DNA of 64,000 nt from Camelus dromedarius (GCF_036321535.1 NC_087436.1:115694001-115758000); one strand, 5' to 3'. Positions 12,736 to 24,130 are shown, counted from the stretch's first letter. The notes: generated from the sequence alone by a model not told the origin. A program made the numbers and translations.

Positions 12736-13239
12736 TCTCATGCTCTGCCTCTGCCTAGCAGAATTCAGGGCAACACACCCAAATCCATGATGTGGCCAAA
12801 TCCACAAAGCCTGCCAGATTCCTAATTCTAGTATGGAAAATCATGCTAGACTGTAAGACTATTAAAAAAAAAAAAAATGACCCTCCTCCTCCACCTTGAC
12901 CAGGCTGTTCCGGGACTATGGCCAAGTAAAGCTTCTCATTCATCCTGAGGGCACCTCAGGGCAACACAGCAGGGAAAAGCCGATAGAAAGAGGGGCAGCT
13001 GGGTTACCCAGACGATGGTGCAGGAGCAGTTAATTACCAAAGCTGCGGGGACTGAGGAGAGGATGGTAGCTGTTTAGCCTTGGGAACGCTGCCAGGGCGA
13101 AGGTAAAAAGCAGAAGGAAATTGATGCTTTAATCTGACGAAAGATTTCCATCAGATTAAATTTCCACCTTCCACATTTAGAACTAAGAACAGCATGCTGC
13201 TTTTCTGAGTCGGCCTTAAAACAGTGCGAGTGAAATAAA

Positions 13240-13420
13240 ATTTGCTCCATATCTTGCCAACATTCTAGCAAGGTGTGAAATGGTATCCCATTTGGGAATT
13301 AATTTGCATTTTCCTGTTGGACTAATTATGTTGAGCACTTTTTTATGTGCTTATAGGGTGTTCTTGTATCATTTTCAGTTAAATACATTTTGAAGATATT
13401 TGACCATTTTTTATTGTTTT
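13240..13420 (-). mobile_element. L1ME-like ORF2 fragment
   Basis: gtgtgaaatggtatccca...aatttgcattttcctg...gttgagcactttttatgtgctta. Confidence 0.75.
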
Positions 13421-13554
13421 CTTTTTTTTTCCTTATATTTATATCAATTTGCTATAAAATTAAAAGGAAGTCAATAGAAGTCCTTGGAAAGAAATACACT
13501 GTTAGTATCCTAACCTAGTCTGTGGTTTTCTTCTCACTTTCTTATCTGCTTCCA

Positions 13555-15285
13555 CATGTTTTAAATCATGGTGAAATGCACATGACAGTATTTGCCATCC
13601 TCACAATTTTTAACACTGTGATATTATTAGGTATATTCACATTGTTGCGCACTCCATCTCTAGAACTGTTTCATCTTACAGATCTGAAACGCCATTGTTT
13701 TGCTTAGCATAATGTCCTCAGGCTTCATCCGCGTTGCAGCACGAGTCCTAGTTTCCCTCTCTTTTAAGGCTGAGTAATATTTTATTGTATGTGTATGTCA
13801 CATTTTTTTTTTCATCTATCAATGGACACTTGGATTGCTTCCACCTCTTGGCTACCACGAATTATGCTGCTCTGAACATGATGTACAGATATTATTTCTT
13901 TGTGTCCCTGCTTTCAATTCTTTTGGATTTATGTCTAGAAGTAGGCTTGCTGAATCATAGGGTAGTTCTATTTTAAATATTTTGAGGAACCACCATAGTT
14001 TTCCATAGCAGCTGCAAGATTTTTCATTCCTACCAATCGTGACCTTTCTTGTGAACAGCTGTTATTTTTTGTTTCCATTTTTTGGTGGTACCCGTCCTGA
14101 TGAGTGTGAGATAACATGGCATGGTGGTTTTTATTTGCATTTCCCTGATGACTAGCAATGGTAAACATTTTTTCATGTGTTTGTTAGCCATTCATGTATC
14201 TTTGGAGAAATGTCTATTCAGGTCCTTGGCCCTAGTTTTAAGTGAATGATTCATTTTTTTCTTGTTGTTGCCATTGAGTTGCAAGAGTCCTATATATATT
14301 TTGGTTACTAACCTCTTATCAGATAAATTATATGCAAACATTTTCCTCACGTTTCTTATTTCCTTTTCATTCTGTGGATTGTGTCCTTGATGAACAGAAG
14401 ATTTTGACTTTGATGTAGTCAAATTTATCTATTTTCACTTTTGTTGCCTGTGCTTTTAATGCGGTGTTTAAGAAATCATTGCCACATCTAATATCATAAA
14501 GATTTCCTTATGTTTTCTTCTAAGAGTCCTCTGTCTCAGTTTTTATGCTTAGGTCCATGATCTACTTTGAGTTGATGTTTGTACACAGTGTGAGATAACA
14601 GTTCAACTTCATTCTTTTGAATATGGGAATCCGGTTTTCCAACACCATTTTTGTTGAAGCTGTTCTTTCCCTCATTGAATGCTCTGGGAACTCCTTGTTA
14701 AACATAATTTGACCACACATGTCAGGGTTTATTTCTGACCTCTCTCTTCTATTCCACTGGCTTATGTATGTGCCCTTATGCTCGTACCACACGTTTGATT
14801 ATTCTATCTTTGTAAGTTTTGAAATCAAGAAGTATTTGAGCTCCAACTTTGTTCTTCTTTTCCAAAATTGTTCTGAGTATCCATAGCCCTTTTCTATATG
14901 AATTTTAGTATGGATTTTTCTATTTCTACAAAAAAAAAATGCCTTTGGGATTTTGATAGGAATTACATCAAATCTCTAGATGACTTTGGATAGTATTGAC
15001 ATCTAACAATATTAAGGCTTGTAATCTATCAACACTGGATGGTGTTCCATTTACTTTGTCTTTAATTCCTTTCAGTGACATTTTATCATTCTAAGTGTAC
15101 AAGTCTTCCATCTCCTTGGTTGAGTTTACTCAAAAATATTTTATTCTTTTTGATGCCGTTGTAATTGTTTATTTAATTTTCTTTTCCGATTGTTCATTGT
15201 TAATTGTTAATGTATAGAAACACAACGGCCTTTTGTATGTTGATTTTGCATCCTGTAGCTTGGCTGAGTTCATTATTATTTCTGA

Positions 15286-15323
<38 letters not shown>

Positions 15324-15565
15324 AGTCTTTAGTATTTCCACACATAAGAAATACGTGTCATCCATGAGGAGAGCAGTTTACATCTTTTTTTCTAATTTAG
15401 ATGTCTTTTATCTTTTCTAGGCCTAATTGCTCTGGCTAAGACTGCCATTATTATGTTGAATCAAAGTGCTGTAATTGGGTATTCTTGTCTTGTTCCTGAT
15501 ACTAGAGGAAAAACGTTCAGTCTTTTGTCATTGAGTATGATGTTAATTATGGAAATTTTTTCCTT
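13555..15565 (-). mobile_element. L1MB-like element: RT core to 3' UTR, with (TG)n at 15288-15321
   Basis: Minus-strand ORF pieces match ORF2 (RAKDLNRHFSKD; QWNRRERSEINP; KRMKLNCYLT); RT catalytic DD retained as atg-gat-gac near 15358-15366. Confidence 0.93.
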
Positions 15566-15594
15566 TGATCTTTAAAAAATATGTTTTTTTTTTT

Positions 15595-15835
15595 TAATAT
15601 TGAGCTGAAGGTACAGAGGTTTTTTGTGTATCCCCTGCCTCTGTACATGCATAGCCTCTCCCATTATCAACATACCCCACTGGCGTGGTACCTTTGTCTC
15701 TACTGATGTACACAGTCGGGATGCAAAAGTGTTCAGGCGCCTTAAGAATCCCTTGTGTTGCTTATTTATCAGCTTGCCCCTTCCCTCCCAATTCAACCCT
15801 AATCTTAAATTCTAGCAACCACTGATCTTTCTGCA
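15595..15835 (-). mobile_element. L1MC-like 3' UTR fragment
   Basis: ttgagctgaaggtacagag...catgcatagcctctcccattatcaacatacccca; gcaaccactgatcttt. Confidence 0.7.
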
Positions 15836-15929
15836 TTTCTTGGGTACATCAAAGCTACTGTGTATAACCACAGGCCAGTCTTCTTCCTTAACAATATGTC
15901 CCATTTATCTTCTTCCTCATATGTCTACT

Positions 15930-16760
15930 AATTTTTAATGCTTACTGAAAATTGTGGGAATACATTTTAGAGGCTGTTAATTCTGTCACCTTCCTCTGAA
16001 GTGTTAACATGTGCCATAGAAAGCAGTAAAATTATGAGGATCACCTTGAACTTGAACTTATGGAAGTTTGAATGTAAACTTTGTTAAGGCAAGTAAGTGT
16101 GAAGCCCGCAGTGTTTTCCACGCCCCTCTAACTAGGAGGGATGAAATTTCAAACTCTTACCCACCACATCAGCGGGCAGAAACGTAACCTCCTTCTCAGT
16201 TTTCTCTGGCTTTTGTCCATCACGGTGGTCCGACGGCACAGAATCCCCTCCGCCCCCAAATCTGCAGAGCTCAGTCCTCAGCCAAGGACTTGGGAGATTT
16301 CCTACACACAATGTTGGGGTTACCCCACTGCAACATCTTTGTTTCTTTCATTTACTTCCACTCCAGTTTTCACTCTCTCCCCTCTTATCTACAGCCTGTT
16401 AACTCAAGACAGTAACCGTGGAATTTGACACAACGTTATAAAATGACTATTACTCAATAAAAAAAGTTAAAAAAAAAAACAAAAACAAAAGCAAAAAAGA
16501 CAGTAAGGCTGCGTACTTGTGCTTGGCTTCCTATTACCCCTCATTATGGGGACTTAAAAGTGCCCTTGAAGCAAAACTGTGCCGACATGGACCCCATTGA
16601 GAGAGCTTCTCTTCTTTTAAGGAATTGACTTACTCTTGTTTCTGCCTGACTTTGTGCATTCTACACTGCTTTAAAATAGTTTTTGAAATTATTTTTCTAG
16701 AATTTATAATTACTGTGTGTGGGTGATTTATCTTGATAAAACCCACAGTGTCATTATCAG
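15930..16760 (-). mobile_element. Old L1ME-type 5' region fragment
   Basis: Similar in style to 29380-29990 (ggatcaccttga; ctgctttaaaatagtttttg...ctagaatttataattact). Confidence 0.5.
16416..16496 (+). mobile_element. Ultra-5'-truncated young L1 (~45 nt plus A tail) with 10-bp TSD
   Basis: TSD aagacagtaa at 16406-16415 and 16497-16506; body gacacaacgttataaatgactattactcaataaaaaa resembles the L1 terminus at 4385-4420. Confidence 0.85.
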
Positions 16761-17904
16761 CATTAGAGTTCTTAAAAGCCGTATATTTTAAATTATACAA
16801 ACAATGCATTATTGTCATTAAAAGTTTAAAAACTGTATAAAGTAAGAAAAAATTTACTCTAATTCCACTTCCCAAAGACGTTTTATTATATGCAAATATA
16901 GATTTATATATAAAACAATTTTAGTACTGAGAGGACTTTGGGGATTTTCCATCTAAATCTCTATTTTTATAGAAGATTAAACAGAAAATGGAATCCTGAA
17001 AATATGGGCCAACTTGTCAAAGTACACATAGTAAATGGAAGAACAGAAACTAAAATACAAGATTTCAAACTATCAACCCGGGACTTATGGTGCTGTTCTG
17101 TAGTTTCTTACTGGTCTGATCCCTTCTACCGCACAAATGAGACGGTGTATGTGATCTCATCGAATCCTGTGTCTTCAGTTTTGCTTAATCTCATAACATG
17201 TACATTACAGTTAGAAGGATGAGACATTCTGAAGTAAATTCAAATAATTTTCCACGGCTCTCCCTGAAATGGAGTGGTGATGGTCACTACTGTTATTTAT
17301 CAGCTGAGTATGAGATTTGAAGATCTGAGGAAAATGATGACAAGGGAAGTCATGAAAAGTGAGCCTGCATTTTCTCTTCTGTCCTGTCCACAGAAAGCCT
17401 TTCTTATCCAAGTGTAAGGATAACACCTCTGGTATTTCAGGACCATCGTACAGAGTTACAGAGATTGGCCTGAAGCAGCAGATGATTGGTGAGTGGGTAC
17501 GAAAAATTTCATTACAATTTAACAAAAGTGAAAAAGATGTTAAAAGATGAAAACGATTGATATACTTACACCAGCTTTGATACTAGAAGCTGGCATAAGG
17601 GACCAAACTTATGTTTGCTTTTTATTTTTCCTTTCCTTTAATAAATGTTTGACGTGTTTCACATTATTTCTTTCTGTAATTCAAACCATATAATGTTTTA
17701 AATGTTGTGATCATTTCTGAAGCTACTACCTTGCCCCCCCTCTCTCTCTATAGCTTATTCAGGTGCCTGGCTGGCTGTTTGGGGTGTATTTTATTTAACC
17801 TGTCTTCCACCTTCACGGATTTGGTATGAACAGCATTTTCAGTAGATTCGAATGACCGCTTATTTCCAATAATAGAATAATGACTAAAAATGTTTTTTAA
17901 AATA

Positions 17905-18125
17905 ACAATAGCAACTAGTATTTACAAACCTGACTAGGTGGAGGCCTTCTCTAAATATTATTTTGGTAAATAAATATTATATGGTTGATCATATTAACAT
18001 TTTGATTTTTTTAAATGAGGAAATTAAAGCAGAGTGGAGTCTAAAACTTTCCCAAGGTCAAATCGCTAGCTAATTAAAAAAATCCAGGACTTTCTGACTC
18101 CAAAGTCAATGAACTTAACATATGC
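17905..18125 (-). mobile_element. MIR SINE
   Basis: aaatgaggaaattaaagcagag...ttcccaaggtca...tctgactccaaagtc. Confidence 0.8.
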
Positions 18126-18689
18126 TGCTATTGTGTACAAAAGTTCCAAAGATTTTAAATATGCCAATGTCTCATCATGGCAGATACATATTTCCCTGGT
18201 GATGCCTGAGAATCTCTAAACTCTTGGATGGTGACAGTTGGTCTCCCTGGATAGTCTTCATTGAAGAGTTGGAGACAATCCAAAATGAATGCCTCCCGAC
18301 AGACACTGTGATCGATACTTCCTGCAGAGAACTTCTCTGAGATAATCAGTCATACCACATTGATGCTCCCTTGGTAGGAGCGCTCACTCAGTGATTCAGC
18401 CAGCTCATCACTGTTGTTCCCTGCAGCCTTGGAAGTCTGTGATATTTTAAATTGCAATGCATTGAATGTGATGAACAACTAGTCTCCTGACTTTATGTTT
18501 CCAAGCAAATTGACTCAAACACATTAGTCCCAATTAGATTCATGCATGATCAGTATGAGGGTCAATGCGATGAAAAGGTTCATTTATATGTGATAGACAC
18601 CGTCTCCCGAAGAGGCATGCATAGATTTGATTACATCATTGTGTCTGAGTCAACTGCTTGTTCTGAGATTGGCTGGCTACCCTGTTCTG

Positions 18690-19075
18690 CTCTTTATGGC
18701 CAAAATGACCTCAACAGGTGGCTTTTCACAGGCTCCTTTGGAAGCTGGAAACCTTCTGGACAACCCAGTGGAAGCACAGGCAGGAAATGGAAGAAAGTAG
18801 GAAAGAAGTAAGGATATCCTCTCTCATCCCCAGGTACCATCTCTGCCAGTACCTCTGTTCTCTGCAGTTTCAGCATTCACTCAGTAGGCAAAGCCATGAA
18901 TGCTGAGCTCTGATAACATTATCTTCCCTCCTGTGCCTCTGTCCTGAGAGATGGTAACTTCTTACCCCATCTCTACCACCCTCTGTGTGCCCCTCAGCAA
19001 TTCTATCACCCAAGCATCCAGTTCCCTGTATTGAATCCCCTCTGTTTGAGTCTCTGATTGCCTAACTTGGATTTG
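18690..19075 (+). mobile_element. LTR33-like ERVL LTR
   Basis: gctctgataacattatcttccc...gatggtaacttctt...ccagttccctgtattgaatcccctctgtttga. Confidence 0.6.
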
Positions 19076-19440
19076 TTTGGTGCACATTGGTTAGAAGCTC
19101 TTATGTGTGGAGGTGACCCATTGTTTAACTGCCTGAAAGGTGGACTACATGGTATCCAGCAGGCCAGAAAAGAGGCTAGGTGGGAAATAGATGCCAGATA
19201 CGGATGGCTTAGCAAGAGTGACATATTTGGCTCTTCCCAGATGAACTTATTTCTGCACACTTTCCTGACAAAAACATTAAATATTTATTTCACTCTTGGA
19301 GGTACCCCAGTTTGGATGACAAATCATAAGGTCACAATATTGATGCTAAGTGACATCCAGAGCAATGGTAGTGAGCCTGGGATTCTAGACTTAGGGATGA
19401 GCCCAGCAGAGGACACCATATTGAGAGAGCTGAGTGATAG

Positions 19441-20035
19441 TATTACTAGAGAGTAGGTTCTTGTCTCATTGCAGAAAGAATTCAGAGATGAGAAAGAGGT
19501 CAAGAAATCAAAGCAAGGAGTTATTAGGAGATAGTACACTTTCAAGGGGAGGGCGGGCAGACTCAGGTGAGTAGCTGTGCTGAGTTTCTTTGGCAAGCTG
19601 GTTACATGGGGTGTAATAATGAATGGGTGGAATATTGATTGGGGAGGTAGGGGTTTGGGGTCATATTCCTTGATTTTCATCCCAGCCCCACCTTCCCAAG
19701 GGGAAGGATTTTTCCCTTTATTTAGTCTTGATCAGAAGTGTCATGGTGTCAGTGCATGATGGGGGCTTTTATCTGCAAGTCTCTTTTTATTGTAGCGAGA
19801 GCATAATGAGCAAAAGGTTACATTCAGATGCCAGAGATTCCTGTCTTTTCTCACTTTTGTTTGTCTGCAACCAGGACACTTGTCAATCCAAAATGTGTGA
19901 TTTCTTATCAGTCCGGGGGTTCCTGTGTTCCTCTGTCTGCTCAAGGAATCCCATTGTTTGCAAGATGTATGATTTCCTGCCATTTGGCCCATGCCCCTTT
20001 CTCTGCTCGTATCTAGCTATCTGCCTGCTCTAACA
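19441..20035 (-). mobile_element. ERV1 solo LTR, MER41-like
   Basis: Termini tattacta.../...ctctaaca; gttcttgtctcattgcagaaagaattcagagatgag and gggtggaatattgat resemble reverse MER41; TSD not recognisable. Confidence 0.65.
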
Positions 20036-21175
20036 AGCGTACGCATGTGCAGCAGTGGTGGCGGTGATGCTCAGTTAGGTGTGGATTGTGCCCAAATGAC
20101 AAAAGACTATAGAGGAAAGGTTGGACGTAATGGGCCAAATAGAAGCAAAGCGAAAGAAAGAATTCAGCAGAGCAAGAGACATCAAGGGCTAGCTGACTCT
20201 GCGAGCCAGACATGGCCTCCACTGGAGGCAGAGGCAGCTCTGCGTTCACACTCTGAGAAGAGAAAGTTTAACTGGGGACCCCGTAGGGCCCTCTGGGGAG
20301 GAGAGACCTAGAGGGGACATTTTGAACAGTCCAGACCCAGCGCTCATCAATAAGCCTCTGTGGAGGAATCAGTGCAGAAAGGCTGTTGAAATTGGGGGTG
20401 AAGGGGCAACTCAGACGACAGGTTGCATTTTAAAAGCCAGGTCTACCCTCTTGGGCTTTTTTTTTTTTTTTTTTGCACCCTCTGCCCTGAATAAGAATAG
20501 CTCCTCCAATTCAGCTGCCCATCAGTTGAATATTTATTTCCTCTTCTCCACCAAATATTATTTTTTTAAAAGCACTGAACTCTGACAGGAAAAGAGAGCT
20601 TTTAAAATGGATGATTAAGTCCTAGAATTTTAGGAAGGTTGGGAAGTCATTTAAAAGTTTCTTCAGAATTATTCATCTCTCCCTTTCAAATATTGATGAG
20701 TCTGCAGTTTCCTTTGCCAGCTGCGGTTCTGTTCCGACAGAAGCGCAAATTTATGTGCACTTGCATTAATGATCGACAAACTCCCTCTTCCAGAGCCCAT
20801 GTGACCTGCCCTCTCTCCCCCTCCCTTCCTCTCTCCCTTTCTTCCTTGCTTCCCTCCATAAACAATTTAGTACCTACCGTATAGCTCACCTCGTAAGGTG
20901 ACAATCATGAGAAGAATAAATTAAATAATGATCTATTACTTTGCGATTTCCACAATCTGAGGACATGGAAAAAAAGTTGTGTCAAATAATTATAGCATCA
21001 AGAAAAATATGCAATAAAGTGGACACGTGGGAAAATGCTATAAAGTTAGAAAAAAAGACAGTGGCGAGCTCGAAACGCACATATATTTATTTACTCTAGC
21101 TGTGGACACAGGCATGTTTTGTGGTTGTTATTTTGAACATAATTATTTATCTTCACAGCCTTAAAAGATAAACGG

Positions 21176-21207
21176 TGTTTTTGTTTTGTTTTGTTTTGTT
21201 TTGTTTT
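21176..21207. repeat. (GTTTT)n microsatellite
   Basis: Directly visible. Confidence 0.9.
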
Positions 21208-21413
21208 CTCTCTTGTTTATAGCTAGAAAGCCAAGGATTGGGAAGACTAATTACCTTTCCTCCGGGTAACTGTGTTGGTGACAAAAGTGGATTCAGAGGA
21301 GAGGTAAGGCGCCAGCTAGGTCTTGATTATTAACAGGTGACCAGAAAGGAAGCACGTTCCAGGGGTAAGGAACAGAACCAGCAAATGATGGTTTAAAATC
21401 GAAGGAGGAGCAC

Positions 21414-21523
21414 GGGGCATATAGCTCAGTGGCAAAGCATGTGTTTAGCATACATGAGGTCTTGTATTCAATTCCCAGTACTTCCATTAAAAAAATTAAT
21501 AAAAAATAAACAAATAAATAAAA
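21414..21523 (+). mobile_element. Vic-1-type camelid tRNA-derived SINE (diverged)
   Basis: ggggcatatagctcagtgg (A box)...gaggtcttgtattcaattcccagtacttcc (degenerate B box), A-rich tail, diverged TSD aaaatcgaaggag/aaaatagaaagag. Confidence 0.9.
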
Positions 21524-22341
21524 TAGAAAGAGGCATTTAGGTTAAAATAATAAGAAAAAAGTGTAGCTAATAAGAAAAAAGATGTAGCTAAGCTAAACTA
21601 AAAAAATATGTAGCAAGCATTAATTCTTCCTAAATTGTAATGCGTCCTGGAGTGGGGTTATCTGTGCTGTATTGAGCTGGTGATTTAATAAGTAATATGA
21701 TAGCAGAGTAAACTGCTGTCATAAAAAGACAAATGACTCTTGCATTTTTATAGTTTCCAGTCACTACACTGTCGACAGAGCACTCCAGGAAAGCACAAGC
21801 AGGCCTTCAGTCTCTCGGAGCCTTTCATAAGCTCGCCTCTAAATGCATCTTGTCTATTAGGGCCCAGAGCAACTTGAAAGAGTAATTTATTTGCTGAAGC
21901 CCTATTGCTATTTAGGGGGAACTTAATGCAAAACATCAAAACGAATCTCCAAACAAAGTGCGTTCTCATTGTGCTTGTCTATTACTCCAAAGTTAACAGT
22001 CCCATTTAGAATTACAATGTGCAGTCACAGTTACCACAGGGAGAACCTGTAAGCATCTTTGCTGTAAAGTGACTGTGTAATCCTTGTTGTCCAATTGCAG
22101 TAATTATAGCTTAAATTGAGCACCGTTTTAGGATTAAATCCTAGGGAAATAAAGATGTAATAACATTTTAAAATAATAGCGCTCATGAATGGAACAGAAA
22201 GAATGAATGATGGTGTTTGCAGAAAAAAAAAAGGTGGGGGGGATGAGTACAGACTTGGGAGTGATTTGAGGAATGGAACTGGATCACTCAAATATGAAAA
22301 TGAAGTGGGATGCAGATTTGGGGTACCACCTCCTGGGCCTC

Positions 22342-22565
22342 CTGGGTTTGCCAGCTCTCTCTGTAAAGGACAAGACAGTGAACACCTTAGGTTTTGTGGT
22401 CCAGATAGACTCTGTTACAAATGCTCGATCCTGCTGCTCTCGCAAAAATAAAAAAAAAGAAAAAAAGCCTCCACAGATGATATTTAACTAGTGGGTGTGG
22501 CTATGTTTCAATATTTCAATAAAATGTTATTTGCAAAAACAGACCGTAGATTGCTGATGCTTGCC
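22342..22565 (+). mobile_element. MER58A hAT MITE
   Basis: ctgtaaaggacaagacagtgaacaccttaggttttgtgg...gggtgtggctatgttt...aataaaatgttatttgcaaaaacag. Confidence 0.85.
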
Positions 22566-22613
22566 CCAGGCTACTTCAAACTTCCTCTGATGCGTGCAGC
22601 CCATTTGTAGCCC

Positions 22614-23070
22614 TGTGGGGGGCTGTAACACTCATGGCTCCTAAGGGAGCATGGGTTTAGCCATCTACACTCCTTTGTAGTCCCTTCCTACAGTGATTCT
22701 AGGTTTGACCACCTGACATGGTTTGGCCAGTGGGAATTCAGCAAATGTGTAATTGGCAGAGTTTTACTATCTACCTGTGCACCAAAACTTGCCATCCTAG
22801 AGCTTACCTGTTCCGCATTGACAAGCCCACATTAGGCTACCGAATAATAAGACGTAAGGTGGATGCAGATGCCCAGCCAAAGCCACATCAAGTGCTGAGG
22901 CTGTCCTGGTGGACATGGTGCACCGTCCGGGTGACGATCACTGCATGAGTGAACCCAGCAAAGACCATCAGGGCAACGGCCCATCTGAGATCAGCCAACC
23001 TGCGGAATCATGAGAAATAAGCCACTCAGTTTTGGGGTGGCTTTATAGAGTAATAAATAGCAGATAAAAT
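22614..23070 (+). mobile_element. MLT1F/G/H-like MaLR LTR
   Basis: acatggtttggccagtgg; gaatcatgagaaataagccactcagttttggggtgg. Confidence 0.75.
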
Positions 23071-23119
23071 AACTTTGACCAGTTATTATCATGATGTTCC
23101 ATCATAATCTTGACACAGG

Positions 23120-23400
23120 TGTGTAGTATGGAATTTGAAATCAGTAGATCCAGGTTTGGATTTGGGGAGCTTCAACTCACTGAATGGTTTGAACTAGCGT
23201 AAGGCTGCAACCTTCCTCATCTGCAAAACAGAGTTGCCATCTGCCCTGTGATCATCTTCAATGTTGCCCTTGACATGGGCCAGGAACTGTGCTGGGTGCT
23301 TTATGCCTGATGTTAGTAATTCTCAAAATCAGCCCTTATGTAGAAGAGTTGTGTTGTAGGATAATTTCATACAGTTGAAATTATTGAATTGAGATATATT
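23120..23400. mobile_element. Two degenerate MIR fragments in opposite orientation
   Basis: tttgaaatcagtagatccaggttt...cctcatctgcaaaa (+); ccaggaactgtgctgggtgctttatg (-). Confidence 0.55.
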
Positions 23401-23755
23401 GATAAAGACATATTCTATCTATCTACCTGTCTGTCTATTTATCTATCTATCTTTAACTTTTAAATATTGCCAAATGTTCCTGTACTCCCTTCCAAACTGG
23501 TTGCATCAGTTCACATTATAGCCAGAATGGAAGATTATGCAACACCCGTTTTCCCTCTGTATCATGTACATTTTGGAAGGAAAAGAAAAAATGGTGCACT
23601 GAAGTTTTAATTTGCATTTTTAAATGGATTAACGTTGCTTAACATGTTTATATGGCACTGCCACTTATTTTTCACTAAATTCACATTTGAAGTCCTCAAT
23701 ACATTTTTATCTAGGACTGTCTAATTTTTTAAATGGATTTTAAAGGAAATTAACC

Positions 23756-24130
23756 TTCTATGGACTGAACTGTGTCCCCTTAAAATTTATATGTTGAAGC
23801 CCTACCTCCCAATGTGTTAGTAACTGGACATGGGGCCTTTGGGAGGTTATTAGGTTTGATGAGGCCGTGAGGATGGGGCCCTCATGACAGATTAAAGTCT
23901 TTATAAGAAGACACACCAGAGATTTACCTCTGTCTCTCTCACTAAGTGCACGCACTGAGGAAAGTCCATGTAAAGGACATAGGAAGAAGGCGGCCTTCTG
24001 TAAACCAGGAGGAGGAGACCTCCCACCAGGAACAGACTTGACTGACACTTGGATCTTGGACTTCCAGTGTCCAGAACTCTGAGAAATAAATCTCTGCTGC
24101 TTAATATGGTATCCTGCACTAAATAACACA
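23756..24130 (+). mobile_element. MLT1A-type MaLR LTR inserted in old L1ME sequence
   Basis: ctatggactgaactgtgtcccc...atgttgaagccc; gatcttggacttccag...agaactctgagaaataaat. Confidence 0.92.

Noticed and set aside
13968..14792. Minus-strand ORFs as a host gene
   Set aside because: Broken L1 ORF2 fragments
19058..19456. 132-aa ORF
   Set aside because: No recognisable protein; starts and ends in LTR sequence; no clear exon structure
21414..21490. tRNA gene (also at 55846)
   Set aside because: A/B boxes are followed by A-rich tails and flanked by TSDs, so these are SINEs
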